Assembly: GCA_049296095.1 (NCBI GenBank)
Contig: JBAQRV010000001.1
Coordinates: 450,001 to 482,000 of the forward strand
Direction: 5' to 3'
DNA length: 32,000 nt
Source of the DNA: Candidatus Saccharimonadota bacterium
GTDB lineage: Bacteria > Patescibacteriota > Saccharimonadia > Saccharimonadales > Saccharimonadaceae
Notes under the pieces: model-generated
The model's input: the letters and a program-made list of their open reading frames with translations, nothing else
Told to the model about the DNA's origin: nothing
Database searches by the model: none
Position numbers and translations under genes: made by a program
Shown here: piece by piece, positions 23,697 to 31,131 of the stretch
How positions within the stretch are numbered: position 1 is the first letter of the stretch
Layout of the letters: each line of letters opens with the position of its first letter

Positions 23697-24080
23697 ATGC
23701 CGATTATCAAATCCGCTATCAAGCGAGCAAAACAAACTATAGGACGCCGCGACCGCAACGTTGCTACTAAGCGTGATGTCAAAGAAGCCCTCAAAGCTTT
23801 CACTGCAAAGCCTTCAGCCACTACCCTTTCAAAGCTTCAGAGCGAGATCGACACCGCGGTAAAAAAGAATGTTCTCAACAAGAACACTGCTGCCCGTCGT
23901 AAAGCCGGCTATGCAAAGATTGCTAAAGAAGCAGGTGTGAAGCTTGGCGCTGCCAAGAAGGCCGCTCCAAAAGCTACTGCTGTGAAACCAGCTGCAAAGC
24001 CTTCTGCAGCTAAAAAGCCTGCAACAAAAGCAACAACCGCGAAAAAAGCTCCTGCAAAGAAGCCAGCAGCCAAGAAATAA
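23697..24080 (+). CDS. rpsT: 30S ribosomal protein S20 with a Lys/Ala/Pro-rich C-terminal extension
   Basis: MPIIKSAIKRAKQTIGRRDRNVATKRDVK is a typical S20 N-terminus. The last ~46 aa are KLGAAKKAAPKATAVKPAAKPSAAKKPATKATTAKKAPAKKPAAKK. Confidence 0.9.
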   Translation: MPIIKSAIKRAKQTIGRRDRNVATKRDVKEALKAFTAKPSATTLSKLQSEIDTAVKKNVLNKNTAARRKAGYAKIAKEAGVKLGAAKKAAPKATAVKPAAKPSAAKKPATKATTAKKAPAKKPAAKK

Positions 24081-24098
24081 GTTTCGACTTATATAAAT

Positions 24099-24127
24099 AA
24101 AATAGACCGCATCTCGCGGTCTATTTT
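24099..24127. terminator. Bidirectional rho-independent terminator shared by rpsT (+) and holA (-)
   Basis: AAAATAGACCGC-atctc-GCGGTCTATTTT is a perfect 12-bp stem with an A-tract on one side and a T-tract on the other. The holA stop codon (24126-24128) sits at the base of the stem. Confidence 0.8.
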
Positions 24128-25028
24128 ATTTATTCATAGAAAGTAGCGTCTTCTCGATCAACAACCACGGCTCCCCTCGCGATACCTTCATATCGCCATC
24201 AGTTTTTGCAAAAGCTTTCAGAATCTTCATTGTTCCTGACTTTCCCAATCTCTCGCCGTGACGTGCCAACTTAGATGCAACATAGGGATGAATCGCGAAA
24301 TCCTTCGAGGGATTGTCGCTAGCCGCCGCATTGGCCACCGCTGCCAGTTGGAATGCCTGGGATGTCAGGAGTGCAAATAACTTATATGGTTCTTCAGTCA
24401 GCTCGAGCGTACGAATCATTTCGTGCACTTCTTTTACTCGCCCATCAAGTGCCGTTTCAAACAATTGAAAGACATTCTCGGATGGACTGGCATCGATTGT
24501 TACTACCACCGCCTCGTGGGTTATCTCATCCAAAAGAGACAGCTTTTCCAATGCCTGTGCCAGTTGCCATTGATCAAGTCCGACTCGTTCCACAATCAGG
24601 TGTGCTAGTTTTTTATCCAAAGTAATTCCTAGTGATGCACCTCGCTTCTCTACCCAGTTTTCGGCCAGTGACCGATCTCGGTCAGTCCAGGCAGCAAATT
24701 CTTTCACTTCGGCAAACTTCTTTAATTCTTTATAAGCTGTTGTTCGTTTGTCAGGCTTCTCATCGACAAGAACAAGTTGGATATCATCTGATAGTCGCGG
24801 CAGCCATTCGGAAAGCTTTTCCCAGACAGCTGAATTTTGAGAGAGCCCCTTAATAATCACTAAGCGCTTGTCGGCAAACAGCGTACTTCCCATTAAAAGA
24901 TCGGGTAGATTTTTTAGTTCAAGCATCGAGCCATCGATTTTCTCAGCCCGACCATCAAAATCAGCAACTAATGAGCTGAGTGCCTCATTAATCTCAAAAC
25001 TATTGTCTCCTGTTAGCAATGTAATCAT
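24126..25028 (-). CDS. holA: DNA polymerase III delta subunit
   Basis: MITLLTGDNSFEINEALSSL, LFADKRLVIIKGL, and 300 aa with a helical C-terminal half, which is the typical HolA pattern. By-eye assignment. Confidence 0.8.
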   Translation of the reverse strand: MITLLTGDNSFEINEALSSLVADFDGRAEKIDGSMLELKNLPDLLMGSTLFADKRLVIIKGLSQNSAVWEKLSEWLPRLSDDIQLVLVDEKPDKRTTAYKELKKFAEVKEFAAWTDRDRSLAENWVEKRGASLGITLDKKLAHLIVERVGLDQWQLAQALEKLSLLDEITHEAVVVTIDASPSENVFQLFETALDGRVKEVHEMIRTLELTEEPYKLFALLTSQAFQLAAVANAAASDNPSKDFAIHPYVASKLARHGERLGKSGTMKILKAFAKTDGDMKVSRGEPWLLIEKTLLSMNK

Positions 25029-25043
25029 TACTCTCAGTATAGC

Positions 25044-25910
25044 TTAAAGTGTCTGACAGAAGGGGCAGATATGCGTTCCCCGCCCAGCGACCCGCAGCTT
25101 CTCGATCGTCGTCCCACAGCGCGGACACGGCAGACCCTCACGTCGAAAGGCACGCGCAAAATCCATATAACTTCCCTTTTTACCCTCAGCGTTAACGTAG
25201 GTGTGGTTAGACGAGCCACCCTTTTCAATTGCCAGATTCATGACAGTACGCAGCTCTTCATAGAGTGCCTTGAACTCCCCTGCGGTAATCGACGATACTA
25301 ATCGTTGTGGATGGATCTTTGCACCCCACAGGGCTTCATCGGCATAAATATTCCCCACACCGGCGATCACCGACTGGTCAAGCAACGCTGCTTTTATAGT
25401 GGTCCTAGCGCGGCGCGTAAAATGTTCGGCAAATTGCTCGGCTGTAAAATCAGCCTCTAACGGCTCTGGTCCGACCTTTTTCATAAAATCGATGTTTGGA
25501 ATTTCTATTGTGGGTAATAATTTTACCCAGCCAAACTTCCTTTGATCATTAAAGAATAATTTAGAACCGTCTTTAAACGTCAGCGTCACGCGCGTTGATT
25601 TGTCGGGTAACTCATTAATGAGGCTATCATTCGGATGACCCGCACCAAATCGACTATCACCCACAAATACAAGCTGCCCCGTCATCTTGAGATGAATCAA
25701 GAGCGAATATCCTGTTGAGAGATCAATGATCAGCACTTTCGCGCGGCGGCGAACCTCTTTGATGGACGCGCCTAATAGAAACTCGCCGACATCAGCGACA
25801 GCATTTGGGAATCCTTTCAGAGTGTCGTGTTCTTCGGCTACGACCACTCGGCCAATAATCAGCTCTGAGAGTCCGCGGCGAACGGTTTCAACTTCGGGTA
25901 ATTCAGGCAT
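25044..25910 (-). CDS. mutM: Formamidopyrimidine-DNA glycosylase (Fpg/MutM)
   Basis: MPELPEVETVRRGL (catalytic Pro2/Glu3), an H2TH region, and a C-terminal zinc finger CPRCGTTIEKLRVAGRGTHICPFCQ. Confidence 0.95.
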   Translation of the reverse strand: MPELPEVETVRRGLSELIIGRVVVAEEHDTLKGFPNAVADVGEFLLGASIKEVRRRAKVLIIDLSTGYSLLIHLKMTGQLVFVGDSRFGAGHPNDSLINELPDKSTRVTLTFKDGSKLFFNDQRKFGWVKLLPTIEIPNIDFMKKVGPEPLEADFTAEQFAEHFTRRARTTIKAALLDQSVIAGVGNIYADEALWGAKIHPQRLVSSITAGEFKALYEELRTVMNLAIEKGGSSNHTYVNAEGKKGSYMDFARAFRREGLPCPRCGTTIEKLRVAGRGTHICPFCQTL

Positions 25911-25916
25911 AATTTC

Positions 25917-26522
25917 CTACAATGAAACTTTTTTGATCAATTTGTCAGAACCGGGAATTTGATTCGTAAACAATTCGGTAAGTTGGGTCGCGCTCGCTTT
26001 GAGAGACCCGCTAGAACCCTGACAGGTCGAGGTCCATAGCGTTTTAACCGAGTTACCGTTTTCAAGGACGCTAAATTGATAGACCCGACCAGTCGCACAG
26101 ATGCCACGAATGTCATTCTTGTCACCGGCAAGCTCAGTCCCCTTCACGAGGTTCGCCTTGTCGAGCGCATAGACAAACTCTTCATAAGCGGCGACGCTAT
26201 TACCCAACGTCGTCCTATCAACCACTGTATCAAGATAGCCTGTAAAAGTACTTAACTGACGACTACTTGCTGAAATATCAATCTTGTACGAATGGAACTC
26301 TTCGTCAGCCACAATCGGGCCGCGAACCGTCATACTAACGCTATGGCTCGCACTCGTATTGAGCAAAGCCTCTTTACTCACGTCAGCGACAGCAGCTGGT
26401 GCGGTTGAAGTGCCAGAAAAGAAAACGACTCGAGCAAGCGAGACCAAGGCAGCGACAGCAATAATGATAATAACGATAACGAGAATGATTGGAAGGATTC
26501 GTGAAGTTCTGTAATTAACCAT
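25917..26522 (-). CDS. Hypothetical N-terminally anchored extracytoplasmic protein
   Basis: TM helix ILPIILVIVIIIIAVAALVSLARVVFF followed by a ~160-aa domain with 2 Cys. It is tightly packed between the HAD gene and fpg, with AAGG-type Shine-Dalgarno upstream. No recognisable family. Confidence 0.6.
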   Translation of the reverse strand: MVNYRTSRILPIILVIVIIIIAVAALVSLARVVFFSGTSTAPAAVADVSKEALLNTSASHSVSMTVRGPIVADEEFHSYKIDISASSRQLSTFTGYLDTVVDRTTLGNSVAAYEEFVYALDKANLVKGTELAGDKNDIRGICATGRVYQFSVLENGNSVKTLWTSTCQGSSGSLKASATQLTELFTNQIPGSDKLIKKVSL

Positions 26523-26531
26523 ACCTTAACC

Positions 26532-27122
26532 TTAGTCCGTTTGGGTTGCTCTGTCAATCTGTTGAAGCGCGCGTAAGTCTTTGATGAATTCCGCTGTTGT
26601 CGTAAACAGTATTGGCCGCATACCCACCTTCTCGGCACCTTCACAAAATTCCGGAACATCATCAGTAAAAATACATTCCTCAGGCTTTACGCCGAGTTTC
26701 TCGATAACTATTTCGTAAGCTTCCTTATTTGGTTTGGACACTCCCATGTCATATGACAAACAGATCACATCAAATAGTTGTAATTGTTCTGGAGTAAGAA
26801 GCTGGTCGAGACGATTACCACTGACATTCGATAGCATCCCGATTTTGTAATCATTTAATTCATCTTTTATAAAATCAAGCAGTTCCTCATTCGGAGGATT
26901 ATTCTCAACATGGCGTCGTGTATCCTCAAATGACATACCGACAAGTTCAGCCAAACCTTCGATGAAATCCTGGTGACTTATAAACCCATTGCCTGAGGCT
27001 TTTAGTAGGTCTCGCGCCTGTTGGAGTTTGGCAGGATCCGACGCTAAATACTTGTCGCGAAACGGATGCCAACCCTCCTGTGCGAGCACACCAAAACAAT
27101 CAAAGACGATTGCCTTAATCAC
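26532..27122 (-). CDS. HAD-superfamily hydrolase
   Basis: GTG start at 27122 overlaps the polA stop by 1 nt (TAGTG). Motif I is IVFDCFGVL (nucleophile Asp present; the second Asp position is Phe, as in the DxYGTL haloacid-dehalogenase-like subgroup). MLSNVS is motif II. Late FTDD is motif IV. Confidence 0.8.
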   Translation of the reverse strand: MIKAIVFDCFGVLAQEGWHPFRDKYLASDPAKLQQARDLLKASGNGFISHQDFIEGLAELVGMSFEDTRRHVENNPPNEELLDFIKDELNDYKIGMLSNVSGNRLDQLLTPEQLQLFDVICLSYDMGVSKPNKEAYEIVIEKLGVKPEECIFTDDVPEFCEGAEKVGMRPILFTTTAEFIKDLRALQQIDRATQTD

Positions 27123-29656
27123 TAAAGTTCACCCCAGTTTTTTCCGACACTGACATCAACTTTCAATTTAATGCCTAGCTCTGGAGCAATGTTTTCCATG
27201 GTCGTTTTAAGAATCTCGGAAACTTTTTCAGCATTTTCGATTGGACATTCTACTAAAATACTATCGTGGATCTGCAGTACCTGATCACCCAAGTCCCCTA
27301 GCTTTTCATCAACCTGGAGCATGGCGAGTTTCATAAGATCCGCCTCGGTTCCCTGAATCGGCATATTAGCCGCAGCCCGCTCAGCGCCAGCACGGACCAT
27401 ATAGTTTGAACTATTGAGGTCAGGAGTCGGACGACGGCGACCAAAATAGGTTTCGACGTAGCCTTCGGTGCGACCTTTGTTCAGTGTCTGATCAATAAAT
27501 TTACGGATTGGAGCACGGAGTTCAAAATACTGGTCAATAAAATCCTTGGCTTGCCCAAATGACATACCAGTATTGGCCGCCAGACCGTGTGGGCTCATGC
27601 CGTAGAGAACGCCAAAGTTAATCACCTTTGCAGCACGCCGTTGGCTTTTGGTGACTTCGTCCATCGGAACACCATACACCTCGCTTGCGGTCTTAGTGTG
27701 AATATCAACATCACCATTAAAATCATTGATCAGTTTGTCATCCCCTGCCAAGACCGCCGCCAAGCGCAACTCGAATTGCGAATAGTCGGCGCTGACCAGT
27801 ACCTTATCGCCATCTGCAATAAAGGCTTCCCGAATCTCACGTCCTAATTCGGTACGAATCGGAATATTTTGCAGATTTGGATTCGTACTACTTAGTCGTC
27901 CTGTCGCAGCGACGTCTTGGTTGAAAGTAGTATGTAGCCGATTATGCTCATCAACCAAAAGTGGCAATGAATCAGTATACGTATTTTTTAGCTTTGCCAG
28001 CTCACGGGTCTGCTCGATCAACTCAATGATTGGATGCTGGCCCTTGAGCTTATCGAGTTCGGACTGTCCGGTACTGTAGCCCGTCTTCCCCTTCTTGATA
28101 CCAGCTGTCGGGAGTTGTAACTTTGTGAATAACACTTCCGAAAGCTGCGCTGGGCTACCAATATTAAATTCGTGGCCCGCCATTGTATACATTTCTTGTT
28201 CGAGTCGAGCATGCTCGGCCCCTAATTCATCACTCATCTTCTTGAGCTTTTTAGGATCGATCAGGACACCGCGGCGTTCCATCTCAAATAGCGTATACGT
28301 GAGCGGGAAATCAAGCTCATAGGCGATCTTTGCCAACTTTGGTTCCTTATCGAAGTAATCTTTTTGTTGGTCATAGACTTCCCATAGGCCGCCTAGCAGT
28401 ACTGCTGGTTCGGGTATCTCATCCTGACCAATCAAGGCCGCGGCTGAACGATCCCGACGCAGTGGATCAATCAGAAAAGCGCCCTGGCGAATATCATGGA
28501 CATCAGTGAAATGGACCGAAACACCACGAGCCGACAATGCATGATACACCGCCTTGACGTCATAGCTCACTACCCTTGTCATCTCAATAGCTCGCCAGAT
28601 ACCTTTATCGATCTTTTCAATTAGAGCACTTGCGACCGTTTCTTGATCGGTCGACAGCCAAACAGTCTCACCAACCACCTCAAGTAGCACTGGTCCATCA
28701 ATCGTCAGCGTTTTTGGCCACTCAACTTTCTCGAGTTCGAGAAACTCTTTCATCTCTTCATCAATATCAACAACCTTGTCGCCAATCTTCATATGTTCGG
28801 GGAGTCGAGCGATGAGTGATCGAAACTCATATTTATGGAGTACTTCGAGGATCTTATCGACATCGGTATGAGCAATGTCTGTCTCTTTCCAATCAATCTT
28901 GATCGGTGCATCAGTAAAGATGCGTGCTAACTTCTGACTCATATAGGCATTATCCTTGCCTTCTATCAGATACTTCTGACGTGACGGTGTAATCTCATCA
29001 ATATGCTCATAGATACCGTCGAGCGTATCAAACTCATTGAGAAGCGCCTGGGCGGCCTTGTCGCCAATCATACGGACACCAGGAATATTATCGCTCTTAT
29101 CCCCTACCAGAGCTTTGTAATCAACAAATTGATCAACCCGAATACCATACTTATTTTTAAATGCCTCGGCATCATAGAGTGTCAGGTCGCTCCCGCCTGT
29201 CTTGGTGATGTAGACAGAGGTTTTTGGAGTAATCAGCTGCAGCAGGTCGTAGTCACCTGTCACAACGCACATCTCCACATCGGCCGCATTTGCTTCGAGC
29301 GCAAAGGTGCCAATAATGTCATCAGCTTCGTAATTCTCAAGTTCGTAAAGTGGCCAGTCGAAAGCCTGAAGTACTTCACGCAGGATAGGTAATTGCGCAT
29401 AGAAGTCTTCGGGCGGCTTTACCCTACCTGCCTTGTATTCAGGATAGATCTCTAAGCGCTTGGCGGTACTCGTCCCACGAATGTCCCAAGCAATCGCAAT
29501 ATAGTCAGGTTGGATTTTCTTGATAATTTCGATGGCAATCGACGCAAAGCCCATCACACCACCCGTCGGCGTCCCATCAGATGTCGCCAAACTCGGCATC
29601 GCATAATACCCACGGTAAAATACGGACATTCCATCGATTACAGCCAGCCGTTTCAT
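27122..29656 (-). CDS. polA: DNA polymerase I (5'-nuclease domain, apparently degenerate 3'-5' exonuclease domain, family A polymerase domain)
   Basis: N-terminus AVIDGMSVFYRGYYA, plus GDKSDNIPGV (5' nuclease). Polymerase motifs are LVSADYSQFELRLAA (motif A), RRAAKVINFGVLYGMS (motif B) and QIHDSILVE (motif C). A canonical DxE ExoI motif is not evident. Confidence 0.97.
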   Translation of the reverse strand: MKRLAVIDGMSVFYRGYYAMPSLATSDGTPTGGVMGFASIAIEIIKKIQPDYIAIAWDIRGTSTAKRLEIYPEYKAGRVKPPEDFYAQLPILREVLQAFDWPLYELENYEADDIIGTFALEANAADVEMCVVTGDYDLLQLITPKTSVYITKTGGSDLTLYDAEAFKNKYGIRVDQFVDYKALVGDKSDNIPGVRMIGDKAAQALLNEFDTLDGIYEHIDEITPSRQKYLIEGKDNAYMSQKLARIFTDAPIKIDWKETDIAHTDVDKILEVLHKYEFRSLIARLPEHMKIGDKVVDIDEEMKEFLELEKVEWPKTLTIDGPVLLEVVGETVWLSTDQETVASALIEKIDKGIWRAIEMTRVVSYDVKAVYHALSARGVSVHFTDVHDIRQGAFLIDPLRRDRSAAALIGQDEIPEPAVLLGGLWEVYDQQKDYFDKEPKLAKIAYELDFPLTYTLFEMERRGVLIDPKKLKKMSDELGAEHARLEQEMYTMAGHEFNIGSPAQLSEVLFTKLQLPTAGIKKGKTGYSTGQSELDKLKGQHPIIELIEQTRELAKLKNTYTDSLPLLVDEHNRLHTTFNQDVAATGRLSSTNPNLQNIPIRTELGREIREAFIADGDKVLVSADYSQFELRLAAVLAGDDKLINDFNGDVDIHTKTASEVYGVPMDEVTKSQRRAAKVINFGVLYGMSPHGLAANTGMSFGQAKDFIDQYFELRAPIRKFIDQTLNKGRTEGYVETYFGRRRPTPDLNSSNYMVRAGAERAAANMPIQGTEADLMKLAMLQVDEKLGDLGDQVLQIHDSILVECPIENAEKVSEILKTTMENIAPELGIKLKVDVSVGKNWGEL

Positions 29657-29677
29657 GCTACTAGTATAACAGCTACG

Positions 29678-30100
29678 CTAAGCGGCTACGTCCTCTTCGC
29701 CGACTTCCTCAATCTCAATACCGAGTTCTTTTAATAATGCTCTTAGTGGCATCGGTCCATAGCCTGCCCTAAACCCATAATGGACGTCTCTACGATTGAG
29801 CCTGTCAGCAAGGCACTCTGGCCTTACCTCACAGTTATCGCAAATTGCTTGCGCGTCACTGTATGAGTATCCTTTTTCTGCAAAAAACAGTTCTGGGTCT
29901 GTCTGAGCACAGAGACTAAGAGCCTGCCATGCTAATGTTTCACCCTGATTATTCAATACCTCTGTTGGATGAAAGGCTTCAAACTGACCGTTTGTGATTC
30001 TTAGAATCTCACGACTCACGTCTACATCGACCCCTTTGCGTTTTGTTGTCTCTATAATAAGATCATCTTTAACTTCAAGTTGGTCTTTTCGCAGTCTCAT
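29678..30100 (-). CDS. WhiB-like (Wbl) [4Fe-4S]-type transcription factor with an N-terminal extension
   Basis: WQALSLCAQTDPELFFAEKGYSYSDAQAICDNCEVRPECLADRL fits the Wbl pattern W-x3-A-x-C ... DPExFF ... C-x2-C-x5-C with all four Cys present. YGFRAGYG sits where the Wbl G[VI]WGG turn is. The start at 30100 (MRLRKDQ) is preferred because GGGAGGA lies 8 nt upstream, whereas the ORF-track ATG at 30109 overlaps that Shine-Dalgarno. Confidence 0.75.
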   Translation of the reverse strand: MRLRKDQLEVKDDLIIETTKRKGVDVDVSREILRITNGQFEAFHPTEVLNNQGETLAWQALSLCAQTDPELFFAEKGYSYSDAQAICDNCEVRPECLADRLNRRDVHYGFRAGYGPMPLRALLKELGIEIEEVGEEDVAA

Positions 30101-30126
30101 CAAGCACATCCTCCCGAATTTTCTTT

Positions 30127-30155
30127 ATCATAAATCAAACTTGTCGTCTCGGCAA
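30127..30155 (-). promoter_or_regulatory. Candidate promoter of the WhiB-like/polA unit
   Basis: Minus strand: TTGCCG (30155-30150), 17 nt, TATGAT (30132-30127). An imperfect palindrome CTTGtCG-tct-CGgCAAG (30141-30157) overlaps the -35. Confidence 0.5.
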
Positions 30156-30172
30156 GAAATATACAGTGTATT

Positions 30173-30181
30173 TGTTACAAT
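30173..30181 (+). promoter_or_regulatory. Extended -10 (TGtTACAAT) 6 nt upstream of the ATG of the 116-aa gene
   Basis: TGtTACAAT at 30173-30181, then ggtcgt and ATG (30188). No Shine-Dalgarno and no good -35. Confidence 0.45.
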
Positions 30182-30187
30182 GGTCGT

Positions 30188-30538
30188 ATGCCCCATCAAA
30201 ATAACCTCAAAATTCTCGTCTTTATAGGTGAAGGCTCTGAGCATATTATCGAATACCTGACAAAAAAAGGCTTTCCAAAAGTATCACTCGAGAACATGCC
30301 CTCCCAAATTGAACATCTTTCCGAGGCGGGACAACATCGAATTATAACAAATGAGGTTCCCGACCTTAGTTTGTACGAAATGCTCCAAAACCAGTTCCCA
30401 GGTGAGATACAGCTTGTCGCAGTTGCATCAGAAAATAAGATGCATGAAGATGAGTTTATAAAACACGCCGATTACTTTGTTGACAATGATCCAACAAAGA
30501 TTGATGAGCTTCTCCAAAAGCTCGATTTCACTCTCTAG
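30188..30538 (+). CDS. Hypothetical 116-aa protein; by eye a shortened nucleotide-kinase-like fold lacking a P-loop
   Basis: KILVFIGEGSEHIIEYLTKKGFPKVSL sits where the neighbouring kinase has EIVGVAGTNASGKDTLGALRQSLQNAKFVSL. GEGSEH replaces G-x4-GK[ST]. The C-terminal ADYFVDNDPTKIDELLQKL matches ADIKIVNDYDTVEAYEAFLKQ in the kinase. The alignment is weak and by eye only. Confidence 0.5.
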   Translation: MPHQNNLKILVFIGEGSEHIIEYLTKKGFPKVSLENMPSQIEHLSEAGQHRIITNEVPDLSLYEMLQNQFPGEIQLVAVASENKMHEDEFIKHADYFVDNDPTKIDELLQKLDFTL

Positions 30539-31122
30539 ACGAGTTCAAATTCTTGTTTCAAGAATGCTTCGTACGCTTCAACCGTATCGTAGTCATTGAC
30601 GATCTTTATATCAGCAATATCCCGAACACCGCCCATATTCAAACTAGCAGCATTTCCAGCGATCGGCTGCATTTCAGAATTCTCTTCAGCAACAAACTGC
30701 TCAAATGTTTTTTGATCTTCTGGTCGATCAGCATTTCTTTTTTGTATCCGTTCGTAACGGACATGTGGATCGGCATCAACCCAAATCACAATGCCACCCA
30801 GGGCTTGAATTGCTTCAGCTTCTTTGGGATGCCGGATACTCGTTAAAGTTAAGCCTCTATAATTCTTCTCGGTTTTTTCTTCGTTATACAGTTCAACAGA
30901 TTTATCAACCAGGACACCGGCACCACTTTCGGCGCGCCATCTATTACCAAGTGCACCGAGATTCTCGCGTTCGTGTGGCAATCCTTGACGATCCAATTCG
31001 TGACGCATAATATCACTCAGACTGACAAATTTAGCATTCTGAAGGGACTGACGCAAAGCGCCGAGCGTATCTTTACCCGATGCATTCGTTCCAGCGACTC
31101 CCACGATTTCTGGCAATTTCAT
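30535..31122 (-). CDS. P-loop nucleoside/nucleotide kinase-like protein (dephospho-CoA kinase / UPF0200-like)
   Basis: VGVAGTNASGKDT (Walker A), SIRHPKEAEAIQALGGIVIWVDADPHVRYERIQKRNADRPEDQKTFEQF (resembles the lid and R-x-x-R region of small archaeal-type kinases), 195 aa. It starts 9 nt after the rpoD stop. Confidence 0.65.
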   Translation of the reverse strand: MKLPEIVGVAGTNASGKDTLGALRQSLQNAKFVSLSDIMRHELDRQGLPHERENLGALGNRWRAESGAGVLVDKSVELYNEEKTEKNYRGLTLTSIRHPKEAEAIQALGGIVIWVDADPHVRYERIQKRNADRPEDQKTFEQFVAEENSEMQPIAGNAASLNMGGVRDIADIKIVNDYDTVEAYEAFLKQEFELV

Positions 31123-31131
31123 AAGGAAACC

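Noticed and set aside
23940-24080. DNA tandem repeat in the rpsT 3' end
   Set aside because: The repetitiveness is at the amino-acid level (AKKPA-like). The codons vary and no exact nucleotide unit repeats, so it is low-complexity coding rather than a tandem repeat or VNTR.
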